Source: Gemmatimonadota bacterium
GTDB taxonomy: Bacteria > Gemmatimonadota > Gemmatimonadetes > Gemmatimonadales > GWC2-71-9
Reading direction: 5' to 3'
DNA: 64,000 nucleotides
Assembly: GCA_003251175.1 (NCBI GenBank)
Contig: QKHC01000030.1
Location: 5,228-69,227 of the forward strand
Both the position numbers and the translations under genes were made by a program. Numbering within the stretch: position 1 is the stretch's first letter; each line of letters opens with the position of its first letter. Below, piece after piece: positions 17,760 to 25,949 of this stretch. The notes beneath the pieces are model-generated. The model ran no database searches, had not been told where the DNA came from, and was given only the letters and a program-made list of their open reading frames with translations.

Positions 17760-19556
17760 GTGACCGTCGGAATCGCCTACGTCGACGGCCCGCGGTTTCG
17801 CCGCTCGCTGCTCGCCGCGGCGGACTGGGTTGCCGCAGCACGCGACGAGCTGAACCGCATCAATGTGTTCCCGGTGCCCGACGGCGACACGGGAACAAAC
17901 CTGTGCCTGACCCTGCGCGCAGTGACCGACGCGCTGCAGCGCCTCGGGGATGCTCCCCTGCCCCGCGTCGCCGATACGATGGCGTACGCGAGCGTACGCG
18001 GCGCACACGGCAATTCCGGCCTGATGCTCTCCCAGTTTCTCCTCGGCTTCCGCGAGGGACTGGGGAATCGCCTGCGCGCCCGCTCGCGGGAACTGGCGGC
18101 GGCGATCCGCTGCGGCTTTACCAAGCTCGAAGGCGCGCTCGACGAGCCGGTCGAGGGCACGATCCTGACGGTGGTGCGCGAAACGGCGCGCGAGGCGGAC
18201 GACGCGAGCGCCGAAGCCGACATCACGGTGTTCATGCAGCGCGTCGTGCGACGCGCCCAGGACGCACTGGCCCACACCCCGGACCTGCTGGCCGTGCTGC
18301 GGACCGCGGGCGTGGTGGACGCGGGCGCGAAGGGGTTCGTGCGTTTCCTCGACGGCCTGAAGCGCATGATCGAAGAGGGCCACATCGCGAGGGGCGCGCT
18401 GGACCGCCTGATCCCCGAGGACGCCGCCGCGCGCACGGCTGTGGCGTCGGATCGCGACTACCGTTACTGCACCGAGGTCTTCGTACGCGGCAGCGACCTT
18501 CCGGCGGTCCCGGCCGCCCGCCAGGCGCTGCGCCATCACGGCGGCTCCATCGTCGTGTTGCACACCGGAGAGGCGCTGAAAGCCCACATCCATACCGACG
18601 AGCCCGACGCGGTCTTCGCCCTGGCCGGTTCGTGGGGTACGATCGAGTCGACCCAGGTCGAGGACATGCGCTCGCAGCACGCCGCGCTGGGGACGCACCG
18701 CGCGATCGGACTCGTCACGGATACCGGGTGCGACCTCGACGACGGGTATGTGCGGGACCAGCGGGTCGGGCTGGTGCCGCTGCAGCTGATCCTCGACGGC
18801 AAGGGGCACAAGGACCGCCTCGAGATCACGCCCGCCGAGTTCTTCACACGCCTGCGCGGCCCGGCGGACGTGTCCACCTCGCAGCCATCGCCACAGGATT
18901 TCCACGAGGGGTTCGAGGACGCGGTCCGCACCGCGGACCATGTCATCGCGGTGGTTCTGTCGAAAGCCCTCTCGGGGACCTGCGCGGCCGCCGAGCAGGC
19001 CGCCCGGCCCTTCGGGGACCGCGTCACCGTGTGGAACAGCCGCTCCGCCTCGCTCGGGCAGGGACTGCTGGTGATGCGGGCGATCGAGCTCGCCGCCACC
19101 GGATGGACGCCGGAGGCGATCGTCGCCGAGCTGGACCGGGTCCGGGACCAGTCCGGCGTATACCTGACGATCGAGGATTTCGATCGCCTGGTGCGATCGG
19201 GCAGGCTGTCACGCGGCCGCGCCTGGCTGGGGCAGGCCCTGGGGATGAAACCGGTGCTGGGACTCTCGCGTGCGGGGGCGCTCGAGCCGATCGCGCGGGT
19301 GCGCGGATCGGAGGCGGCGCGCCGCAGGATCCTGGCGCTGCTCGATCGCGCGCTCACGCCCCGACCGCAGCGGCTGCGCCTCGCGGTGGTGCATGCCGAC
19401 ATTCCCGCATTCGCTGAGACTCTCCGCGATGAGCTCGTCGCACGGTACCAGCCGACGCTGTGCCTCGTGGCACCGGTGACGCCGGTCATCGCGGCGCACG
19501 CCGGGATCGGGGCGTGGGGTGTGTTCTATCAGATCGAGGATGGAACAAACCCGTGA
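17760..19556 (+). CDS. DhaL/Dak2 domain fused to a DegV (fatty-acid-binding, FakB-like) domain
   Basis: The N-terminal half carries 'FPVPDGDTGTNL' (Dak2). The C-terminal half carries 'IGLVTDTGCDL...TSQPSPQDF...LSKALSGTCAAAEQAA' (DegV pattern). Confidence 0.8.
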   Translation: MTVGIAYVDGPRFRRSLLAAADWVAAARDELNRINVFPVPDGDTGTNLCLTLRAVTDALQRLGDAPLPRVADTMAYASVRGAHGNSGLMLSQFLLGFREGLGNRLRARSRELAAAIRCGFTKLEGALDEPVEGTILTVVRETAREADDASAEADITVFMQRVVRRAQDALAHTPDLLAVLRTAGVVDAGAKGFVRFLDGLKRMIEEGHIARGALDRLIPEDAAARTAVASDRDYRYCTEVFVRGSDLPAVPAARQALRHHGGSIVVLHTGEALKAHIHTDEPDAVFALAGSWGTIESTQVEDMRSQHAALGTHRAIGLVTDTGCDLDDGYVRDQRVGLVPLQLILDGKGHKDRLEITPAEFFTRLRGPADVSTSQPSPQDFHEGFEDAVRTADHVIAVVLSKALSGTCAAAEQAARPFGDRVTVWNSRSASLGQGLLVMRAIELAATGWTPEAIVAELDRVRDQSGVYLTIEDFDRLVRSGRLSRGRAWLGQALGMKPVLGLSRAGALEPIARVRGSEAARRRILALLDRALTPRPQRLRLAVVHADIPAFAETLRDELVARYQPTLCLVAPVTPVIAAHAGIGAWGVFYQIEDGTNP

Positions 19557-19566
19557 GATCTCCGCT

Positions 19567-19983
19567 ATGAATACCCGCGGGCGCTCCCGCTCAGCGCGGC
19601 GCGGCGGCGACGGCCCCCCGGGGGTGCTGTGGGACGTCACGCGCGCGCTGACGGACCGCAAGGCAGTGGACCCCATCGTGCTCGATGTCCGTGGCCTCTG
19701 TTCGGCGGCGGACTTCTTCGTGATCGCGTCGGGTACCTCGGAGGCCCACGTGCGCGGCATGGCCGAGCGGCTGCTGGAGCAGACGGCGGGTGAGCGCCCG
19801 CACCACGTGGAGGGACTCCCGCAGGGCCGGTGGGTGCTGCTGGACTATGTCGACGTGGTTGTGCATTTATTCCACCCGGAGCAGCGCGACTTCTACCAGC
19901 TGGAGCGGCTGTGGGGGGACGCCCGGGAAGTCGCATTGGCCCAGGACGGAGGTCCGGCTCGGGGGAGCCCTTCGAAAGGATGA
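19567..19983 (+). CDS. rsfS: Ribosome silencing factor RsfS (iojap family)
   Basis: 'DPIVLDVRGLCSAADFFVIASGTS..HV..' and 'WVLLDYVDVVVHLFHPEQRDFYQLERLW'. Confidence 0.85.
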   Translation: MNTRGRSRSARRGGDGPPGVLWDVTRALTDRKAVDPIVLDVRGLCSAADFFVIASGTSEAHVRGMAERLLEQTAGERPHHVEGLPQGRWVLLDYVDVVVHLFHPEQRDFYQLERLWGDAREVALAQDGGPARGSPSKG

Positions 19984-19987
19984 CGGG

Positions 19988-22900
19988 ATGACTCGGAAGA
20001 TCGTCCTTCTGGCGACGCTGGCGACGGTCGCGGCGCTCAGCGCGCCGCCGCTCGCGGCACAGTACTTCGGGCAGAACAAAGTCCAGTACCGCACCTTCGA
20101 CTTCAAGATCATCCTCACCGAGCACTTCGAGATCTACTACTACCCCGAGGAGCGGGAGGCGGCGCTCGACGCCGCGCGGATGGCGGAACGCGGGTACGCG
20201 AAGCTGTCACGGGTGCTGAATCATCGCTTCCGCGCGCGCAAGCCGGTCCTTCTCTACGCCTCGCACTCGGACTTCCAGCAGACCAACGCCATCCCGGGCG
20301 ACCTCGGCGAAGGCACCGGCGGCGTCACCGAGTTCTACAAACACCGCATGGTGCTGCCGTTCACCGGCTCCTACGCGGACTTCGAGCACGTGCTGCTGCA
20401 CGAGCTGGCGCACCAGTTCCAGTACGACGTGTGGAGTCGGGGCCAGATCGGCGGCGGCGTGCAGACCCTGATCACGGTCAACCCGCCCCTGTGGTTCGCC
20501 GAAGGAATGGCGGAGTTCCTTTCCGTGGGGCCGATCGATCCCGCCACCGCCATGTGGATGCGGGATGCCGCCCTCGAAGGCAAGTTGCCGACGATCGAGC
20601 AGATGACGCTCGATCCGTACACGTACTTCCCGTACCGGTTCGGGCACGCGCTGTGGTCGTACGTCGCCGAGAAGTGGGGCGACGAGATCGTCGGCGAGAT
20701 CCTCCAGACCTCGGCCAACGTGGGGATCGAGGGCGCGTTCTATCGCGCGACCGGTCTCACCCTGGGACAGCTGTCCACCGAGTGGCGGGAGGCCATCCAG
20801 GAGCGATTCCTGCCCGAGATCGGTGACTACCAGCGCACCCGTCGCATCGCCACGCGCGCCATCAGCCGACGCCGCTCCGGTGGGAGCTACCACCTCGCAC
20901 CCGCCCTGTCGCCCGACGGACGCGAAGTCGCGTTCTTTTCCGAGCGAAGTGACTACTTCATCAGCCTCTGGGTCGCCGACGTCGAAACCGGCCGGGTGAA
21001 GCGCAAGCTGGTGAAATCCGGCTTCTCGACGGACTTTGAGAGCCTGCGATTCATCTACTCGAGTGGCGCCTACTCCCCCGATGGGCGCTGGTTCGCCATC
21101 GTCGCCAAACGCAAGGAGCGCGACGACATCGTCATTCTCGACGCCCGCCGCGGCCACGTCGAGCGCCGCATCCGGTTGCCCCTCAACGGTGTGATGAGCC
21201 CGAACTGGTCACCGGACGGACAGCGCCTGGTGTTCACGGGCTCGGATGGCGGCCTCAGCGACCTCTACATCGTGAATGCGGACGGGAGCGGCTTCGAGCG
21301 ACTCACTACGGACAAGTACGCCGACCTGCAGCCGGCGTGGTCGCCCGACGGCAAGACGATCGCCTTCACGACCGACCGGGGGCCGGAAACTGATTTCGAG
21401 ACCCTGCGGTTCGGGAACCTGCGTCTCGCGCTGTATCACCTCGACACCGGGACGATCGAGCTGCTCGACCACATGGAGTACGGGAAGAACATCAACCCGG
21501 CGTGGGCGCCTGATGGCGGATCGCTCGCGTTCATCTCCGACCGGACGGGCATCAGTAACGTGTTCCTCTATGACTTCGCGGATCGGGACGTCTACCAGCT
21601 GTCCAACGTGATCACGGGCGTGAGCGGCATCACCGCCCAGTCCCCCGCGATGTCGTGGGCCACACAGTCGGACCGCCTGGCGGTGCTGTACTACCAGGAT
21701 GGGGAGTACGACATCTACGTGGTGGACAACCCGCGGCAGCTCAAGAAGGAGCCGTACCGGAGCCCACCGGGGCCGCAATCGTACGCGCTGTTGCGGCGCC
21801 CGGGCCGGGACACCGCCACGACCGTGGCCGCTGCCGCGCCGGCGGCGGGTGGCCAGGCGGATTCCGCGGCGACGAGCCGCTCGACCGCCGGCCCGACGGT
21901 TCCCGCGCCCCCCCCGGCAGCGTCCGTGTACCGTGCCCCCGGCGGGTTCCGCGCCTCCGCGATTCCCCAGCCCTCCGAGTCCACCAGCACGGCCGGAGCG
22001 GTGACGGTCCGCGAACTGCTCGACTCCGCCGAACTGGCGTTGCCTGACACGCTGGAGTTCGGCTTCCGGGATTACCGCACGCGATTCACGCCGGACTACG
22101 TGGCCCAGCCAACGATCGGGTACTCGTACGACAACTTCAATCGAGGGTTCTACGGGGGCGCCGCCATTTCGCTCTCCGACATCCTCGGCAACAAGTCCCT
22201 GATCTTCTCCGGGGCCATCAATGGGCGCCCCCAGGAAGCCCAGGTGCTGGCGGCCTACATCAACCAGGGCCGGCGCCTGAACTGGGCCAGCGGATTCCAG
22301 CAGGTGCCATACTACTTCTACGGCGCCTATACGCCGCCCACGCCGACGGATCTGCCCGGGGGACCGGGCTACCAGGAGACTGTCCGGCTGCAGCGCAATG
22401 TCTGGCGGGAGATCTTCCTCGATACGGCGTACCCGTTCTCCCGCTTCAGCCGCGCCGAGCTCGGCCTCCGTGGCGTCGGGGTGCAGGAAGACCTGCTGGT
22501 CCAGGACAACTTCTACGACGCCGGCGGCTTCTACCTGGGTTCCACCGACGTCCGTACCGTGTCGCTGGGCTCGACGTACTTCGTGCAACCCTCGCTGGCG
22601 CTGGTGCACGACCGCACCCTGTTCGCCTACGTCGGCCCGTTCGCCGGACGACGCTACCGCCTGCAGGTGTCGCCGTCGATCGGCGAGTGGAACTTCGTCG
22701 GTACGCTCGGCGACGTGCGCGAGTATCTGCACTTCCGTCCCTTCACGGTGGCGCTTCGCGGGATCGTGTTCAGCCGCTTCGGGCGCGATGCCGATCGGTT
22801 CCCGGTCTTCATGGGTAACACGGAGCTGATCCGCGGGTACACGTACAATTCGATCGTCAACAACGAGTGCGTCACGTCGCAGGGCGGCTGCACGATGCTG

Positions 22901-23227
22901 GACCGGTTGACCGGATCCAAGATCGCCGTGGCGAACGCCGAGCTGCGCTTCCCGCTGTTTCAGTGGCTGGCGCTGGGATTCCTCCCCGTGGCCTTGCCCC
23001 CGATTGAGGGAGCGGTGTTCTACGACGTCGGCGTCGCCTGGCGAGAGGGGCAGTCGGTGGGCTTCAGCGGTGGCAGCCCTACCCTGCGCACGCCCCTGCG
23101 GTCGTGGGGTGGATCGCTGCGGGTCAATGCCCTCGGCATCCTGATCCTGCGGTTTGACTACACCCAGCCGCTGGATCGCGAATTCAAACGGGCGTACTGG
23201 ACCGTCAGCTTCGGTCCGACTTACTAG
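19988..23227 (+). CDS. Large outer-membrane protein: HExxH zincin-like domain + PD40/TolB-type beta-propeller repeats + Pro/Ala linker + Omp85 (surface antigen D15)-like beta-barrel
   Basis: Signal peptide ...PLAAQ. 'HVLLHELAHQF...WFAEGMAEF'. Repeated 'SPDG(R/K/Q)xxAF' blades. The C-terminal ~400 aa show a BamA/TamA-like barrel pattern ending ...SFGPTY. Confidence 0.7.
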   Translation: MTRKIVLLATLATVAALSAPPLAAQYFGQNKVQYRTFDFKIILTEHFEIYYYPEEREAALDAARMAERGYAKLSRVLNHRFRARKPVLLYASHSDFQQTNAIPGDLGEGTGGVTEFYKHRMVLPFTGSYADFEHVLLHELAHQFQYDVWSRGQIGGGVQTLITVNPPLWFAEGMAEFLSVGPIDPATAMWMRDAALEGKLPTIEQMTLDPYTYFPYRFGHALWSYVAEKWGDEIVGEILQTSANVGIEGAFYRATGLTLGQLSTEWREAIQERFLPEIGDYQRTRRIATRAISRRRSGGSYHLAPALSPDGREVAFFSERSDYFISLWVADVETGRVKRKLVKSGFSTDFESLRFIYSSGAYSPDGRWFAIVAKRKERDDIVILDARRGHVERRIRLPLNGVMSPNWSPDGQRLVFTGSDGGLSDLYIVNADGSGFERLTTDKYADLQPAWSPDGKTIAFTTDRGPETDFETLRFGNLRLALYHLDTGTIELLDHMEYGKNINPAWAPDGGSLAFISDRTGISNVFLYDFADRDVYQLSNVITGVSGITAQSPAMSWATQSDRLAVLYYQDGEYDIYVVDNPRQLKKEPYRSPPGPQSYALLRRPGRDTATTVAAAAPAAGGQADSAATSRSTAGPTVPAPPPAASVYRAPGGFRASAIPQPSESTSTAGAVTVRELLDSAELALPDTLEFGFRDYRTRFTPDYVAQPTIGYSYDNFNRGFYGGAAISLSDILGNKSLIFSGAINGRPQEAQVLAAYINQGRRLNWASGFQQVPYYFYGAYTPPTPTDLPGGPGYQETVRLQRNVWREIFLDTAYPFSRFSRAELGLRGVGVQEDLLVQDNFYDAGGFYLGSTDVRTVSLGSTYFVQPSLALVHDRTLFAYVGPFAGRRYRLQVSPSIGEWNFVGTLGDVREYLHFRPFTVALRGIVFSRFGRDADRFPVFMGNTELIRGYTYNSIVNNECVTSQGGCTMLDRLTGSKIAVANAELRFPLFQWLALGFLPVALPPIEGAVFYDVGVAWREGQSVGFSGGSPTLRTPLRSWGGSLRVNALGILILRFDYTQPLDREFKRAYWTVSFGPTY

Positions 23228-23246
23228 CGGTCCGCACGATTGCCGC

Positions 23247-23284
23247 GGCCTCGCCGCTCGTCTATTTTGGACAGCGGCGAGGCC
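23247..23284 (+). other. Perfect 12-bp GC-rich hairpin immediately upstream of the SPOR lipoprotein start codon
   Basis: GGCCTCGCCGCT (23247-23258) pairs with AGCGGCGAGGCC (23273-23284). The 14-nt loop contains TATTTTG. The 3' arm contains the only SD-like GAGG before the TTG at 23287. There is no downstream U-tract. Confidence 0.5.
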
Positions 23285-23286
23285 AA

Positions 23287-24666
23287 TTGCGTAACTTCCT
23301 GTCCTGCTTCCTGTTCGCCCTGCTGGTGGGCGCTGGCTGCCGCTCCGGTACCCCGGACGTGGCGCGCGCCGAGGGCCGGCGTGGAGACCGCGCGGCTGGT
23401 CGGCTCAGTGCCACCGCGCTGCGGGTCAAGCCGTCCGGAGGCGACTGGGAGGGCTACCGCCTGCCGTCCCTCGCGCCGATCCCCGGCACCGCCGGTCGGC
23501 TCCCCCGCGTGGACTCGCTGGTGGGGGTGGATGGTGAGTCGGAGACGTTGTACCTGCGGACGGTGCGGGACGACATCCTCGCCCTCGACCTCGTCGCAGG
23601 AAGGCTGGACACGGTCGCCAGACGTGGGCCGCAGGCGACCCTGGGTCCCGACGGCACGTTGTTCGTCATCGACGAACGACACCATGTCACGTCGTACGCC
23701 CGGCGCGCGCGGCGGGCGTGGCCGGATACGCTCCCTGGTCTTCCCGCCGTGGTTTTCGCCGCGGCTGGCCAGCGGCTGCTCGGGGTGATCCGCGGCGACG
23801 ACCCCCTGCTGTTCTCCGCTTCAGCCGAGCAGCCGGCCGCCACACAGGCGCTGGCCGCCACCGGCCCGGTTGCCGCGACGCGGTGGGGCGAGCTCGTCGC
23901 TGCAGGCAACGCGTCGGGCGTGCTGCTGCTCGATCCGCACGGTCGGCGTCCGGCCGCCTTCATACCCCTCCGGGGCGAATCGGTGACGCTCACCTTTTCG
24001 CCGTCGGGACACCGCCTCTACGTGTTACGCCGGGATCGTGCGGAGCTGGCGGTGATCGACCGCTTCGCCCGACGGGTGATCGATGACGTTGCATTGCCCG
24101 GACCAGCGAGCGATATCCGGCTCGACCCGCTCGGCCGCTGGCTGCTCGCGCGTCCGGCCACCGGCGATTCGGCCTGGGTCGTCGATCTCCCGACACGGTC
24201 TGTGACGGGCTCGATTCCCACATCGTGGCGCGCGGATCTGCCGGCCGTGGCGCCGGACGGCACCGTGCTCGTGCGGCAGGGCGACGACGTGGTCGCGATC
24301 CGCCTCGACTCGCTCACGACCGTATCGCGCGTCGCCCACGGCGCCAGCGACTTGTGGTTGGTGTCCGCATGGCGGCCGCGCGGTACACCGAGCGAGACGC
24401 CGAGTGATGCCGCCACCGCCGATCAGGAGGGTGGCGAGGGCCCGCTCTACGTGCAGGTCTCCGTGTCGCAGAACCAGGCGTGGTCCGCGGAGAACGCGCA
24501 ACAGCTCGTCCGCGCCGGATTGCCCGCGCGCGTCCTGCCGCCGCGCTCGCCGGAGGACGGGTACCGCGTGGTGCTCGGCCCCTATCCCACGCGCGCCGAA
24601 GCGGAGACGATGGGTCGCAAGCTGGGACGCCCGTACTGGATCTATCAGGCGGACGAGCCGCGGTGA
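23287..24666 (+). CDS. Lipoprotein with a beta-propeller-like body and a C-terminal SPOR domain
   Basis: TTG start. 'FALLVGAGC' is lipobox-like. C-terminal 'LYVQVSVSQNQAWSAENAQQLVRAGLPARVL...GYRVVLGPYPTRAEAETMGRKL' is a SPOR pattern. Confidence 0.6.
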   Translation: MRNFLSCFLFALLVGAGCRSGTPDVARAEGRRGDRAAGRLSATALRVKPSGGDWEGYRLPSLAPIPGTAGRLPRVDSLVGVDGESETLYLRTVRDDILALDLVAGRLDTVARRGPQATLGPDGTLFVIDERHHVTSYARRARRAWPDTLPGLPAVVFAAAGQRLLGVIRGDDPLLFSASAEQPAATQALAATGPVAATRWGELVAAGNASGVLLLDPHGRRPAAFIPLRGESVTLTFSPSGHRLYVLRRDRAELAVIDRFARRVIDDVALPGPASDIRLDPLGRWLLARPATGDSAWVVDLPTRSVTGSIPTSWRADLPAVAPDGTVLVRQGDDVVAIRLDSLTTVSRVAHGASDLWLVSAWRPRGTPSETPSDAATADQEGGEGPLYVQVSVSQNQAWSAENAQQLVRAGLPARVLPPRSPEDGYRVVLGPYPTRAEAETMGRKLGRPYWIYQADEPR

Positions 24667-25949
24667 CCCTGCGTCCCCTCCCGCGCTCGCGGCTGGACGG
24701 ACTCGTGCCGTCACTGGTGCAGGAGCACGCGATGGTCGCGCTGGTTGCGGCGACCGGCGACGACCGCTGGGCCGCCGACGCCGCGTGGGGGGTCGCGCGG
24801 GCGGCATACGCGAGCGGGCGCCGGGTGGCGCTGATCGACCTATCCGTGACCGATCCGCTCCTGCATCACGAGGTGGGGGTGTCCGCCGACGACCCGGGCA
24901 TCGTCGACGTGTTCGAGCACAACAGCGAGCTCACGGTCGCGGCCCACGACATCGACGGCATCTTCTTCATCCCCGCGGGCACGCGGTCGGCCGCGCCCGA
25001 GTTCGTGCTCGCCCACCCGCGGTGGAAGAAGCTGCACGCCGGATTTCGCGCCGAGGGCGCGCTGCTGCTGGTCTACGTCTCGCCAGGCGCGCTGGCGAGC
25101 CTCTCCACCGTTCCGGACGGCATCGTCGTGCTCGCCCCCGGAGGATTCGACCTGGATACGCCGGTGGGGCGCGATGTCCGCGCCGCTCAGGTTGACGGCG
25201 CGAACCTGCTCGGTGTGGTGCGCGACCGCTGGACTCCGCCGCCGGCGCCCGCGCCGCCGGGCGTGCACTTCCCGATTGCGCTGCACAACCACGAGAGCCC
25301 GCCGATCCCGGAGCGGACGCGCGCCGCCCGCACGATCGGCACCCTGATCGTCATCGTCGCTGCCGTCGGCATTGGAGCGCTGGCGTGGCACCTGCTCGGA
25401 CGCGCTGGCGACGAGCCCGCGCCGACGGACGTGGCGACACCCCCCGTGGCAGCCGCAGTGCCCGCTGGGGCTGCCGCGCCGGCCACCACGCCGCACCCCC
25501 CGCCCGATACGCTGGCCTGGGTGATCCAGGTGGCTGCCTACGCCAACGTGGACAACGCCATCGTCCACGCTGACCGCATCGCAGCGGCCGGCGTCGAGAC
25601 GCTGGTATCGCCGGTGACCCCGGCGGCTGGATCGGTGCTGTGGTACCGCGTCATCGTGGGTGGGTGGCGCGACCAGACGGCGGCCGAGGCGGCGCGCGAC
25701 TCGCTGTGGTCGCGCGGACTGGCCGCCCGCGGTGAGGGCGAATTGCTCCGCGCCCCGCTCACGCTGGCGATCCCGGCGGGATGGGACGCGGATGAGCTGC
25801 GCCATCGCGGGATTCCGGCGCGCGAGGCCGACGGCCGGATGATCGTCGGCGCGTTCGAGAGCGCCGAGCAGGCCGCCCCGGCGCGTCAACTTCTCACGCG
25901 GGCTGGCGTGCCCGCCGACCTCGTCCCTCGCACCGGGTACGCGCGATGA
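24663..25949 (+). CDS. Bitopic protein: degenerate ParA/MinD/BY-kinase-like P-loop domain + TM helix + SPOR domain(s)
   Basis: The GTG overlaps the upstream stop (GTGA). 'VALVAATGDDRWAADAAW..ASGRRVALIDLSVTDPLLH' aligns to the CpsD/Wzc-type fold but lacks GKS/T. TM helix 'IGTLIVIVAAVGIGALAW'. 'WVIQVAAYANVDNA...WYRVIVGGW' is SPOR. Confidence 0.55.
   Translation: MTLRPLPRSRLDGLVPSLVQEHAMVALVAATGDDRWAADAAWGVARAAYASGRRVALIDLSVTDPLLHHEVGVSADDPGIVDVFEHNSELTVAAHDIDGIFFIPAGTRSAAPEFVLAHPRWKKLHAGFRAEGALLLVYVSPGALASLSTVPDGIVVLAPGGFDLDTPVGRDVRAAQVDGANLLGVVRDRWTPPPAPAPPGVHFPIALHNHESPPIPERTRAARTIGTLIVIVAAVGIGALAWHLLGRAGDEPAPTDVATPPVAAAVPAGAAAPATTPHPPPDTLAWVIQVAAYANVDNAIVHADRIAAAGVETLVSPVTPAAGSVLWYRVIVGGWRDQTAAEAARDSLWSRGLAARGEGELLRAPLTLAIPAGWDADELRHRGIPAREADGRMIVGAFESAEQAAPARQLLTRAGVPADLVPRTGYAR

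Noticed and set aside
21780-21990. Apparent repetitive stretch within the Omp85-fusion gene.
   Set aside because: It is a Pro/Ala/Ser-rich low-complexity linker at the protein level. It is not a DNA tandem repeat or a CRISPR-like array.
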